A DNA stretch of 64,000 nt from a virus. Below, in pieces: positions 40,806 through 50,880 of this stretch. The translations under genes and the position numbers were made by a program. The notes beneath the pieces were generated by a model that saw only the letters and a program-made list of their open reading frames with translations, was not told the DNA's origin and did no database searches. The number at the start of each line of letters is the position of its first letter. Position 1 is the first letter of the stretch. The DNA is taken from the IMG/VR virus record IMGVR_UViG_3300033141_004852, positions 28,604-92,603 of that record. One strand, written 5' to 3'.

Positions 40806-41928
40806 TCAGCAGTGGCAGGCTTTCCTACACTGGTTCAACGGCTACTACTTGGAGGCACTGGCCGACACCTCCCTAGTGGGGGAGGCGCGGATCAGGGAGA
40901 ACCTCCACATCCTCTACCCGCTCTACCAAGCATGGCAACGCTGCCAGCAGTGTCAGGAGGGTAACGGGTGCAACGGGCAGAAGATGGAGTTGGATGTGTC
41001 CGCCTCGCGGTTCTATGGGGAGTACCTGCCGAAGATCACCCCCTGCCCAAACTTCCCCCGCCCACTAGTTGACGTTTTTACTGGTTTACAGGGTACGGGG
41101 TTTTCAACTCCCATGCTCAACAAAGTGGTCCAGAAACTGACAAAAATGTCAAGCGATTCGGACTTGACAAAAATGGAACAAAAAAACGGCTTGACAAAAA
41201 CGGAGCGTTTTTCCGAAATTACAAACGGCTTGACAAAAACGGAAGGACGCGGCCGAAACTGCAAAAACGACGAAATCAGGGGTGAAAAATCAGATCAGGG
41301 ATGGGAAAATACCCCTATTTCACTTATTTTGTCAAGGCTGGAAACAGAGGGAGTGGGGAGGGAATTACTCGTGAATGGGGGACTCGTTGTCTTACCACTG
41401 TCGATTTACGGCGGCAAAGGGGTACAAAATGGGGCTGAAGGGCGAATAGAAAGAATTATATCTCTAGGTAGTAGAGAGAGTATTACTACCACGCGCGCAC
41501 GCGCGCACGCGAGGGCCTACGAGATTCCGATTTTTGGGGATGGTGTAATTCAGGCTTCGGGAGTGAGTGCCCACGAACTCGGTCATTGGTTGGGGGTGTT
41601 CCTCGCTCTCCACGGAGTGGCCGCGGGGTTCCTCGATGCTCTCGGGATGCACGCCGCCGGTGACTGGGGGGACTCCCCCCTCGCGCAGTTTCTCCAATAC
41701 AGCGAGGAGGTGGGCGCCCTCGTGGTAACGAACTACGATCACCTGCCCCCCGGGAGGCAGTCGACATCCCTGGTGTTGGCGGCGCTCTCGCGTTTCCTCT
41801 CCGAAGATGGAATACTGTGGGTGGTGATCTCGCAGCCGCCGGAGCAGATGCAGGTGCGAGATCCCCTGGAAACCCCCGTTTGGAGTGAGATCCTGGAACT
41901 GCCACGATACGAGGTAGTCAACCCATGA
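40795..41928 (+). CDS. Degenerate DnaC/DnaI-like helicase loader with an AT-rich in-frame insertion
   Basis: N-terminal Cys cluster; C-terminal AAA+-like strand pattern lacking an intact Walker A; directly upstream of dnaB. Confidence 0.45.
   Translation: MLTDQQWQAFLHWFNGYYLEALADTSLVGEARIRENLHILYPLYQAWQRCQQCQEGNGCNGQKMELDVSASRFYGEYLPKITPCPNFPRPLVDVFTGLQGTGFSTPMLNKVVQKLTKMSSDSDLTKMEQKNGLTKTERFSEITNGLTKTEGRGRNCKNDEIRGEKSDQGWENTPISLILSRLETEGVGRELLVNGGLVVLPLSIYGGKGVQNGAEGRIERIISLGSRESITTTRARAHARAYEIPIFGDGVIQASGVSAHELGHWLGVFLALHGVAAGFLDALGMHAAGDWGDSPLAQFLQYSEEVGALVVTNYDHLPPGRQSTSLVLAALSRFLSEDGILWVVISQPPEQMQVRDPLETPVWSEILELPRYEVVNP
41137..41336. repeat. Iteron cluster / putative replication origin
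   Basis: (C/T)TGACAAAAA x4 (41137, 41164, 41191, 41230), including an exact 21-bp repeat AAACGGCTTGACAAAAACGGA at 41184 and 41223; inverted TGTCAAG at 41147 and 41330; AT-rich. Confidence 0.7.
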
Positions 41929-43346
41929 CGGCGCGGACTTCCATCCTCGCCTATGTTGTCGACTTCGAGGGAGAACTCGACCCGCAATGGGCGGCGATTC
42001 TCCACGCTGAGTCGGTTCTCCCAACCTACCTGCATGAGTACGACATCCAGCGCGAGCAGTGGGTGAATACCTGGCAGGCGGTGATCTACAAGGCGGCGAT
42101 GCACTACTACCTCCGCACCGCCCGCCTGGTCACGCCGGAGATACTTACCTCGTTACTACCCCAGTACGGTGTCCCCGCCGCCCACGTCCCCGGTTACCTG
42201 ACGGCGCTGGAGGAGGCGCGCCTCCATCGGCCGCTTACGGAGGCGAACATCCGCCACCTGATCGGACAACTGCGGGTCTACCGCACCCAGCGCGAGTGGG
42301 AGCGCATTGCCATCGAGGCGGGGGAACTCATGCAGCGTGACCCCCACGCGGGTATCGAGTTCGTGCAGACACACCTCGCCGCCTTGCAGGAGGAGACGCA
42401 CCCGACTACGCAGATTTGGGACTTCCGCGCCCGCGCCCGCGAGCGCTGGGAGCGCCACGAGCGCTTCGCCGCGCAGGAGAATGTCCACGGGCACTACACG
42501 GGGCTGCAAACCTACGACCAGCGCACGCGGGGGATGCTTCCGGGGGAGATGCTCGTCCTCGCCGGGCGTACGAGTCAGGGGAAAACGGCGGTGTTGCAAC
42601 ACTGTGCCTGGCGCTCTGTCTGGCGGGGCTTCAACGTCGTGTTCTTCTCCGCGGAAATGGGGTGGTCGGCGGAGCACCACCCGCTGCTAGATCGTTTCGA
42701 GGCGATGGCAACCGGATGGTGGAAGGCACAGAGCCTCCGCTGGGGTACGCTCGGCGACGAGCAGCAACGTGCGGTGCTGAAGACTTGGTTCGACTTGTTC
42801 TCGCGCTTGAAGGGGAACCTCTGGATTGTACCCCCGCAACGATGTGGGCGCTTGCAGGAGATTGTCGCGGAGACCCGCGCCCTCGCCCGCCGCAATCCGA
42901 TCCACTTGCTGGTCGTCGACTACATCAACGAGATCACCGCGGGGCGTCGCGAGGTGTGGAAGGACAAGCATCTGGTGACAGAGGGCCTCAAACGCTTAGC
43001 GGAGGAGATCGGCTGCCCGATCATCACCGCCACCCAGGTCAGCCGCCACGGACACCTCCGGGGAGTAGATGCCGACGCCGCCGAGTTGGCGAGTGAGAGC
43101 GAAGGCATCGCGAAGGTAACGGACTCCATGATCTACCTCTACCGGGACAAGGTATCCCGGGACCGACTGATTTTCGAGGTCAAGAAAGCCCGCTTGGGGG
43201 AGACATCCTGGGCATTCAGCGCCTACGTGGATTTCTCCATCCCGTTGATCTCAGGATTCATCGAAACCCCCCTCAACGAGTTCCGGCGAGCGGAGGCGCG
43301 TATGGCACGCGACCAACGCCGCCTGAAGCGAAAGGACCAAGTCTGA
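41925..43346 (+). CDS. dnaB: DnaB-like replicative helicase
   Basis: 'LAGRTSQGKT', 'FSAEM', 'VVDYI', 'ATQVSR' and 'KAR'. Confidence 0.9.
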   Translation: MTARTSILAYVVDFEGELDPQWAAILHAESVLPTYLHEYDIQREQWVNTWQAVIYKAAMHYYLRTARLVTPEILTSLLPQYGVPAAHVPGYLTALEEARLHRPLTEANIRHLIGQLRVYRTQREWERIAIEAGELMQRDPHAGIEFVQTHLAALQEETHPTTQIWDFRARARERWERHERFAAQENVHGHYTGLQTYDQRTRGMLPGEMLVLAGRTSQGKTAVLQHCAWRSVWRGFNVVFFSAEMGWSAEHHPLLDRFEAMATGWWKAQSLRWGTLGDEQQRAVLKTWFDLFSRLKGNLWIVPPQRCGRLQEIVAETRALARRNPIHLLVVDYINEITAGRREVWKDKHLVTEGLKRLAEEIGCPIITATQVSRHGHLRGVDADAAELASESEGIAKVTDSMIYLYRDKVSRDRLIFEVKKARLGETSWAFSAYVDFSIPLISGFIETPLNEFRRAEARMARDQRRLKRKDQV

Positions 43347-43544
43347 TGGATGTCAGTGTCAGTCGTCTACACTCAGCGGTCATCGGCTTCACCGACCGCG
43401 AGCGCACGCAGTTGATCCACGCCCTGGATCAGTTGCTTGCCAACGGTGACGTCCCCCTCCGGTGGGAGGGGTTGACCGCCGACGACATCGAGTGCCTAGG
43501 ACGCTTGCGGACCGCACTCGCGGAAGCGGGAGGTTAGCACCCAG

Positions 43545-44081
43545 ATGGTGGTCGACCCCCTCCAGGGATTGGGAAACAATACGGAGGCCATCGTCCGCGC
43601 TCTCAAGATCGCGCTCCGACCTGTTGCTGGCGGTTTCAGCGGCCACTGCCCGCTCCCGGATCACGAGGATTCCACCCCCTCGTTCCAGGTTTATCGCGGC
43701 CCGGGGGGAGAAGACCGTGGTTGGTACTGCTTCGGTTGCGGGCGCGGCGGCGATGGCGCATCACTAGTCACCTACCTCCGCGGGGTATCCCGGAAGCAGG
43801 CGCTGGAGATACTTTACCGCGGGCGGGCTATCGCGGGATTGCGAGCGCGACTTCCCCGACCTGGCGAACCGGCACCGATGGAGTCGGAGACGCTGACTTA
43901 CTACATGCGGATCAATCACTGGCTTCGGCGTCTGCGACAGATACTACCGCGTGGTCTGTGGTATGAATTAGCACGGCGGGCGGATGAAGCCTGGCAACAC
44001 GACCCCGCAGATTTGATGGCTCTGCGGGAGGTCTACACCATGATCACCAAATGGGTTGAGGAGACACCCCATGCCGCTTGA
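43545..44081 (+). CDS. Stand-alone primase CHC2 zinc-binding domain protein
   Basis: 'CPLPDHEDSTPSF...WYCFGCGRGGD'; no Toprim domain follows. Confidence 0.8.
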   Translation: MVVDPLQGLGNNTEAIVRALKIALRPVAGGFSGHCPLPDHEDSTPSFQVYRGPGGEDRGWYCFGCGRGGDGASLVTYLRGVSRKQALEILYRGRAIAGLRARLPRPGEPAPMESETLTYYMRINHWLRRLRQILPRGLWYELARRADEAWQHDPADLMALREVYTMITKWVEETPHAA

Positions 44082-45222
44082 TTTGGAACAGATTCGCAAC
44101 CAGATTGTCGTCGCGGATGTGCGCGACTTCTGCCGAGAGATACCTCCCGAGACTGTTCACGCCATCATCACCTCCCCACCCTACTTCCGACAGCGAGTGT
44201 ACGAGGGGGTGGAGCCCAGCGTTTGGGGCGGAGCGGGCATCTGCGACCATGAATGGGAGCAGATCCGCGTGCGTGATTCCAACCTCGGTGGAGGACGCGG
44301 TGCCCGGAGTAAGAAGCAGGCTCAAAATCCTGGGTCCTACCAAACCGACCCCAATCGACGCTACCTGTCCTCGGAGTTATGCCGCCACTGCGGAGCTTGG
44401 CGGGGAACTCTCGGCAACGAACCCACTGCCGAGCAGTACGTCGCCAATCTACTTGAAGTAGCACGCGGGTGGTGGCGGGTACTCCGCGACGACGGCAACT
44501 TGCTCATCGTACTCGATGGAAAATACAACGGTAGTGGGGGAGCGGGTGGCGACTACAACCTCGGTGGTTCCCGCGCGGGGCAGCCGCGGTATCCCCGCAC
44601 AGCGGTCCCGAGATACAAACACAAGGATTGGATTCCCATCCCCTGGTTGGTGGGAATCGCTTTCCAGCGTGCGGGGTGGTATCTCCGCCTCGACATCATC
44701 TGGCAGAAGAATCGGCTTTGCGAATCAGCGAAGGACCGTTTCAGTCGTGGTCACGAGTACATTCTGCATCTGACGAAGCGGCCCCGCAATTACTGGAACT
44801 ACGAGGCCGGATGTGTTCCCGCGAAGCACACGGGGGATGGCCGCGGAGCACGCACTGACAACCGTCGGGGGAAGCCGGGCATCAACGCCATGCACGGAAA
44901 GACCCCCGCCCTCCGCAATCGACGGTCGGTGATCTACTTCCCCAACCAACCTTCGGGGGTTCCGCACTATGCCACCTACCCACCGCGGTTGATTGACTTG
45001 CTGGTGCAGGTGAGCACCCCACCGGGGGGAATCGTGTTCGACCCCTTCATGGGTGTGGGGACTACGGCGATTAGTGCCCTCAGACAAGGGCGCAGTTTCG
45101 TAGGGTGTGAAATCTCGTCCACATACGTGGAATTGGCCCGCCAACGCCTAGAAAAATCTGGTTTTGATGTAACAAATCGGCGTGAAACTGTTACATTCCC
45201 AACGGAGGAGAAACGCTTATGA
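44071..45222 (+). CDS. DNA methyltransferase (N4-C/N6-A, beta class)
   Basis: 'ITSPPY', 'HYATYP' and 'FDPFMGVGTT'. Confidence 0.9.
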   Translation: MPLDLEQIRNQIVVADVRDFCREIPPETVHAIITSPPYFRQRVYEGVEPSVWGGAGICDHEWEQIRVRDSNLGGGRGARSKKQAQNPGSYQTDPNRRYLSSELCRHCGAWRGTLGNEPTAEQYVANLLEVARGWWRVLRDDGNLLIVLDGKYNGSGGAGGDYNLGGSRAGQPRYPRTAVPRYKHKDWIPIPWLVGIAFQRAGWYLRLDIIWQKNRLCESAKDRFSRGHEYILHLTKRPRNYWNYEAGCVPAKHTGDGRGARTDNRRGKPGINAMHGKTPALRNRRSVIYFPNQPSGVPHYATYPPRLIDLLVQVSTPPGGIVFDPFMGVGTTAISALRQGRSFVGCEISSTYVELARQRLEKSGFDVTNRRETVTFPTEEKRL

Positions 45223-46478
45223 CTATGCCTGTGAATGCACCCCCACCGCCGCAGGCGACGGAGCCGGTTGACCCCGGCGCTATGCGGCCCGTCAACATGG
45301 ATGCTCTGAAGAAGGAACTCGTAGTGTGGGACCCCGAACATGTCCCACCCGGCTCGTGGTTCATCGCGAAAAACGGTAGCCGGGTAGTTCAGGTGATGTC
45401 CTACGAGGAAACCGGCCAACGCGACGCGGCAGGGAACATGATCTACAACACCGTCGTTCGCATCTACGGCACGGTGATTCCGACGACTGAGCAGGAGTTG
45501 CAGGAGTTCGAGGAACAGACCGATAATCAGTGCCCCGCAACGACTGCAACCGGAGAGTATTTCCAGGTGTGGTTACTGGAGACGCCGCCCATCGTGAAGA
45601 AACTCCAGGAGCAGGATACCCAGGTAGCGCAGGCAGCCCCTGCTCCACCACCCCCACCTGCCCCCGTCACCCCGGAGCCCCTCGCGGAGCCAACGCAGGC
45701 TGCTGCTCCCGTAACACCGGCACCGGCGCCGCCACAGGTGACCCCTACCCCCGTTACTCCGGGGGCCCCACCTCCACCATCGCAGCCTGCGACGCCTACT
45801 CCCGCTCCAACTCCGGTGCCGGAGCCGCAACAAAATGCGACCAATACACAGCCGGAGCCAGAGGGTGCGACACCGGCTGCGGGTGCTGCCGTAACACAGA
45901 CTGTATCCCCGAGTGGGGTTGATGCGGTGATGGCCCCGCCGCCGGTTGTACCTGCACCGCCAACTCCGGCAGAGTTTGCCCCCGCCCCACCTCCGGCGGC
46001 ACCGATGCAGACGGTGGACAAGTGCCCCGATCATCCCCGCTATCGAGGTAAGGGGAAGCCGAAGACGAAGTGTCCCGTGTGCTGGCAGCTACACCGCCAA
46101 GTTGCACCGGAAGACTGGCGGAAGCACTATGCTCGCGTCTTCGGAGACGACCCGGGACCTGCCAACGCGCAGGAACCGCAAACCTCGGAGGCACCGTCTC
46201 CCCCGACAACGGAACCCGCGCCCAGCGAGTCTGCAACGACTACGACTTCTGACCCCGAGCCGGGAACTACCACCCCACCGCAGCCTGACGCGGGTTTGAC
46301 GGGTGCTACTGAAGCAGTCACTCCCGCCAATACCCCGTCGGCACCGGGGTTCTCCATCCTGGTTGCCACCACGACAGGACGTGTGGTGGAGGTGGACGTC
46401 CTCGCCTTCATGCGCGCTCTTGGTCAGCACCTCACATATCTCCACGAGCGCATCGCGAAGTTGGAGGAGGGTTCCTAA
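45219..46478 (+). CDS. Pro/Ala/Thr-rich protein with a small zinc finger
   Basis: Long low-complexity linkers; CPDH...CPVC. Confidence 0.6.
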   Translation: MTMPVNAPPPPQATEPVDPGAMRPVNMDALKKELVVWDPEHVPPGSWFIAKNGSRVVQVMSYEETGQRDAAGNMIYNTVVRIYGTVIPTTEQELQEFEEQTDNQCPATTATGEYFQVWLLETPPIVKKLQEQDTQVAQAAPAPPPPPAPVTPEPLAEPTQAAAPVTPAPAPPQVTPTPVTPGAPPPPSQPATPTPAPTPVPEPQQNATNTQPEPEGATPAAGAAVTQTVSPSGVDAVMAPPPVVPAPPTPAEFAPAPPPAAPMQTVDKCPDHPRYRGKGKPKTKCPVCWQLHRQVAPEDWRKHYARVFGDDPGPANAQEPQTSEAPSPPTTEPAPSESATTTTSDPEPGTTTPPQPDAGLTGATEAVTPANTPSAPGFSILVATTTGRVVEVDVLAFMRALGQHLTYLHERIAKLEEGS

Positions 46479-46499
46479 GCGAGAGCAGGGGCGACCGCT

Positions 46500-49124
46500 A
46501 TGCACACAGCCTGCGATAGTTGTTCATTACATAAGACGGCTACTCAGATCGTCCGCCCCCGGGGTCCAGTCAGCGCTCCGGTGGTCTTGGTCGGCGAAGC
46601 TCCGGGGGCGGACGAGGACGCTCAGGGAGTACCCTTCATCGGCCCAGCTGGACAACGCCTGGAGCAGATACTCCGCACAGTCGGGGGTATCTTCGCCGAT
46701 GTGGGGAAGCCGGATAGTGGGCCGCTCATCTGCAACGCCGTCCAATGCCGACCCCCGGGGAATCGTACTCCCACACCTCGGGAAATCAAAGCCTGTGTGG
46801 CCACACATGTCCACAAGGTATTGACGGCGCACCCTCGCAAGTTGGTAGTTGCTCTCGGGAGTACGGCGTGGAAGTTCCTGTCCCCACACGCTTGGGAACG
46901 CGATATTCCCCACCCTAGCATTCGCACTATCAACGGCATCATCTCCGAGCATCCGGCTTACGGCCATGTAATGGCCACCTTCCACCCGTCGGCGGCCCTG
47001 CGTTCGGAGGTATATCACCAGCCACTGGTTGATGCGCTATTCCGCGCGAAGCAGTTTCTGGAAGGGCATGTCTTCCGCCCGAAATACGAGGTCGATTACA
47101 TCGATACTCTCGCCCGCGCGAACCAAGCAATCCACGCGATTCCAGACGGGTCGGATGTCTACCTCGATGTGGAGACGACGGGGCTCAACCCGCTGAAGGA
47201 CGCGCTGACGATGTTCGCCATCCGCGTCAAGGGACACTCGGTCGTCCACGTCATCAACTGGGCGAAGATCTACCGCGAGTTGCCACAGGGTGCGCTCAGT
47301 ACCATGCGCGTCTTCCTCATCCAGTTGTTCCAGCGCTGCCGTCTCCACAACCAGAATTGGAAGTTCGATGCCAAGTTCCTCTACCGGACCTTCCACCACC
47401 GGGTTTTCCTCGATGGTTGGTGGGGGGACCCGATGGTGAAGCACTTCCTCATCGACGAGAATAGCGGCCACGGGCTCAAATCGCGGGCGGCACTGGATCT
47501 TGGTGCATTGGACTGGGACGGTGCCATGCACCAGCGGTTGCAGGCTAAACCCACCGACGACACCAACGATTGGCTCCCGTTCCCAATCACGCTCGGGCAG
47601 GGGAAGAATCGGCGGTCGCTACTTCGGTGGATTCGCGGGCCGGAATTGGCAGAGTACGCGGCAGCCGATGTGGTGATGACTGACCACCTGGACACGATGT
47701 ATGACTCCCAAATGGAGGAAGAGTGCGTCCAGCATACCTACTGGCGGATCACGCGCCCGATCATCTCCATGCTCGCCCGCGCGGAGTTGCGGGGGATTCA
47801 GATCGACCGCGAGGGTCTGCAACAGTATCGAGAAGAGTTGGTAGCGCAACTCCACTGGTGTAATCAGCAATGGGAGCGAATCAAGCCGGGTTTCAACTTC
47901 AACTCCGATGCGCAAATCCGTCATCTGCTCTTCGATCAACTACGGCTCCCACAGGACCCCGAATTGGAGCGGACGGACACGGGGAAGATCAGCATCGCGA
48001 GCGACAACCTCCACCACCTGGCGCGGGTTACCGACAACGAGGTAGCCCGACAATGGATTCGCATCCTCCTCCGTAGCCGCGTCGTCCACAAACTCCTCAA
48101 CACCTACGTGATCCCGTTCGGCCAGCAACTAGACGAATATGGAATCCTCCGCGGCAGTTTCATCATCTGCCCCTCCGCCGAGCATTGGCGTGGCGGGGAC
48201 GATGCCAAAGGTGGGACGGTTACGGGCCGCCTGAGTTCCGCGAACCCGAATCTCCAGAATATCCCCGACATCATGCGCGGGCTCTTCATCGCCCGCGACG
48301 GTTACCAGTTGCTCGACGCGGATATTTCGCAGACGGAGGTACGCGGTTGGGCACTCCTCTCCGATGACCCGGCGTTACTCCAAGTAGTCGCTTCGGAGGA
48401 CGTTCACTGCGGCATGGCGCGGATGATTTGGCCGGAACTCGCCAACTGCTCTGACCAGGAAATCAAGACCCAGCACGCTGCCAAGCGTAAGATCGCGAAG
48501 ACGATAGTCTTCGCTGCCATTTATCAGGCGTCTCCGGGTCGCCTGGCTATCCAAGCGGGGATTTCGGTTGAGGATGCGAAGAAACTCATCGTACTCCTTC
48601 AGGAGCGGTTCACCCGGGGGTGGCGATGGATCCAAGAAGTGCAGACTTTCGTACAAAAGCACGGCTACATCGCGAGTTATTTCGGGCGCCGCCGCCGTCT
48701 TCCCGACGTTTGGAATGGGAATGAGGGAGTACGGGCGCGGACTCTCCGTCAGGCGGTGAACTCCCCCGTTCAGGGATTAGGTGCAGACGTCTGCTACCTA
48801 GCCGGTATTGGTGGGTTGCGCTGGCTACAAGAGCGGGGGTTCCATACGGGAGAAGTCGACAGCCCAGTTTGTGAACTTCTCACGGTTCACGATTCGTGGC
48901 TCTTCGAGGTGCGGGAGGACCTCGTGCCGCATATTGCCCCCCACTGGGCAGAGGTTCTCACGCAAACGTACAAAACGAGTTCGGGGGCGGATGTGCGCTT
49001 CCCCGCCGATGTGAAATTAGGTCGGCGATGGAAGGACCAGTGGGAAGACCTCCCAATTCCGAGTGTGGAGGCGTTGCGGGCACATATCAACAAGGCCTGC
49101 GCCCTCGCGGAGACTACGGCATGA
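46500..49124 (+). CDS. polA: Family A DNA polymerase with N-terminal family-4 uracil-DNA glycosylase domain
   Basis: UDG: CxxCxL, 'GEAPG..ED..G.PF', 'CRPPGNR', 'TFHPS'. Exonuclease: 'DVETTG', 'FD', 'YAAAD'. Polymerase: 'TGRLSS..PNLQN', 'DISQTEVR', 'RKIAKTIVF...Y', 'VHDS'. Confidence 0.92.
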   Translation: MHTACDSCSLHKTATQIVRPRGPVSAPVVLVGEAPGADEDAQGVPFIGPAGQRLEQILRTVGGIFADVGKPDSGPLICNAVQCRPPGNRTPTPREIKACVATHVHKVLTAHPRKLVVALGSTAWKFLSPHAWERDIPHPSIRTINGIISEHPAYGHVMATFHPSAALRSEVYHQPLVDALFRAKQFLEGHVFRPKYEVDYIDTLARANQAIHAIPDGSDVYLDVETTGLNPLKDALTMFAIRVKGHSVVHVINWAKIYRELPQGALSTMRVFLIQLFQRCRLHNQNWKFDAKFLYRTFHHRVFLDGWWGDPMVKHFLIDENSGHGLKSRAALDLGALDWDGAMHQRLQAKPTDDTNDWLPFPITLGQGKNRRSLLRWIRGPELAEYAAADVVMTDHLDTMYDSQMEEECVQHTYWRITRPIISMLARAELRGIQIDREGLQQYREELVAQLHWCNQQWERIKPGFNFNSDAQIRHLLFDQLRLPQDPELERTDTGKISIASDNLHHLARVTDNEVARQWIRILLRSRVVHKLLNTYVIPFGQQLDEYGILRGSFIICPSAEHWRGGDDAKGGTVTGRLSSANPNLQNIPDIMRGLFIARDGYQLLDADISQTEVRGWALLSDDPALLQVVASEDVHCGMARMIWPELANCSDQEIKTQHAAKRKIAKTIVFAAIYQASPGRLAIQAGISVEDAKKLIVLLQERFTRGWRWIQEVQTFVQKHGYIASYFGRRRRLPDVWNGNEGVRARTLRQAVNSPVQGLGADVCYLAGIGGLRWLQERGFHTGEVDSPVCELLTVHDSWLFEVREDLVPHIAPHWAEVLTQTYKTSSGADVRFPADVKLGRRWKDQWEDLPIPSVEALRAHINKACALAETTA

Positions 49125-49735
49125 ATATCGAGTACGCCCAACTCCGCTATCTACTCCGACTGAGTTCCGCCGCGTTGGTGGAACAAATCGGTCGCGACGA
49201 TTTCGCGACCTTGTTGACGGCGTATATGGAGAAGGCGCGCGCTGAGCACCAGACATTCCGTGAGGAGGTGCTGGCGCGGCCGGAGGCGCAGCGCGCCCTC
49301 AACTACGACTACGAAGCAGCTGCTGGACATTTGGAGGAGGCTACCCAACTCCGCCTCCCGTCGCAGATGTACTACTCCAACATGGTGCAGTGGTTGGGCA
49401 CCATCGAGGCCTGGCGAGAATACATCACATCTTACTACCTTGTCGCCACGACACATGCAGCCACTCTCGAAGGGGTGGTCAAGGTACTCGCCGCCGATTG
49501 GCAATCGAGATCCCTAGCGCAAACAGAGCAAGCCGCTCGGTCCGAAGCCATTGGAGTCGATAAGGACCTTCATCTAGTGCTCACTCGCGCTCAGAATCTT
49601 CGGGATCAGTGCCGCAGGGTATTCGAGCGCTTAGACCACCAGTGGAACACAATCAGTCGCATGGCGACGATTCTCCAGGATCAGGTTCGTACTGGGGACA
49701 TGGTAGTGCAAACACGACTACAGAGAGGAGATTGA
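49121..49735 (+). CDS. Helical hypothetical protein, possible UvsY-like recombination mediator
   Basis: Coiled-coil character and position between polymerase and SSB; function inferred only. Confidence 0.35.
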   Translation: MNIEYAQLRYLLRLSSAALVEQIGRDDFATLLTAYMEKARAEHQTFREEVLARPEAQRALNYDYEAAAGHLEEATQLRLPSQMYYSNMVQWLGTIEAWREYITSYYLVATTHAATLEGVVKVLAADWQSRSLAQTEQAARSEAIGVDKDLHLVLTRAQNLRDQCRRVFERLDHQWNTISRMATILQDQVRTGDMVVQTRLQRGD

Positions 49736-49740
49736 AGACA

Positions 49741-50796
49741 ATGCCTGTTCACGCGACGAGGCCGCGTTCTATGCGGCCGCAGGGAAAGTACCGTCTCGTA
49801 CTCCCCAAACCGGGGGAGCAGCGACGCATCCGCATCCTGACGAACATCATGCCCGATGGGCCGTATGGGACTATCCCATCCTACTCCGAGCACCGAGTGC
49901 CGAATCCGCAGCCCGGGCGATCCTGGCCGGTATCGGTCCCGTGTATCGAGGAGCGGCTACCGGGGCAATGTCGGCGGATTGCTCTGCCGGGTGGGGGTTG
50001 CCTCCACGACTACGAGGTCCGTGACCGGCCGGTCGTAGTCGTGTGGGACTACGAGCAAAACACCCCCGCAATTCTGGATCTGCGTTGGTCCATGTTCACC
50101 ACAATCATCCGCTGCTCGGAGATGAAGGAGTGGGGCGATCCCCGCAACTACGACTTCATCATCACGTGTGGAGTCAAGGCGGGGACAACGAATCAGCCTG
50201 AGCGTCTGCTGCAGGCCGTTCCCGCCCAACCGGCGGACCCTGCATGGTGGGCGCAAATCGAGCAGATACTGCCTCAGTACGAAGCCCACATGGACCCGGA
50301 CGTGACCGCGGAGGAAATCGCAGCGTTCCTCCAGGGGCAGGTGCTCCCCGAGGGAGCGGCACTCCCCGCACCAGCGGGTGCTCCCCCGACTACTGCGGGT
50401 GGGGTTGTTGTGCCCCCGGCTCCAGTAGCGAGCCCTGCCAACCCTCCGGCGGGTCCGGCTGCTCCCGTGGTCGCCCCGCCGCCGACTGTCCCTAACGCAG
50501 TGCCGCCCGCGGCCCCAGCTGCCCCGGGTCCTGTCAGCCCCCCTACGGCGCCTGTAGCGCCGCCGGGAGCCCCTGAGGCTCCCCCGACTCCTAGCGCGGC
50601 ACCGAGCGCGGCTCCAGCAGCCCCTACGGCGCCCGCTGCCCCCTCTGTACCGGGATCGGAGTTGCCGGGTCCGACTGCCGCTCCGGCAGCACCGGCGGCT
50701 CCTGCGCCTGCTGCACCAACGGCGCCTGCTCCGGCGCCTGCTGCTCCCACAACGGCGGTTCCCGCCCCTGACGGCATTCCGCCTACGTGGCAGTAG
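49741..50796 (+). CDS. gp32-like ssDNA-binding protein with a Pro/Ala-rich tail
   Basis: 'RIRIL...H...C...C...VVWD...WGDPRNYDFIIT' core; located before recA. Confidence 0.65.
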   Translation: MPVHATRPRSMRPQGKYRLVLPKPGEQRRIRILTNIMPDGPYGTIPSYSEHRVPNPQPGRSWPVSVPCIEERLPGQCRRIALPGGGCLHDYEVRDRPVVVVWDYEQNTPAILDLRWSMFTTIIRCSEMKEWGDPRNYDFIITCGVKAGTTNQPERLLQAVPAQPADPAWWAQIEQILPQYEAHMDPDVTAEEIAAFLQGQVLPEGAALPAPAGAPPTTAGGVVVPPAPVASPANPPAGPAAPVVAPPPTVPNAVPPAAPAAPGPVSPPTAPVAPPGAPEAPPTPSAAPSAAPAAPTAPAAPSVPGSELPGPTAAPAAPAAPAPAAPTAPAPAPAAPTTAVPAPDGIPPTWQ

Positions 50797-50880
50797 CACG
50801 GACTCCCTCGTGGGGTGGAGGCAGCAAGCGGTTCCGGTCGCCCCCCGCACTGCCTCCACCCCCGTTGAAAGGGGTACTCT

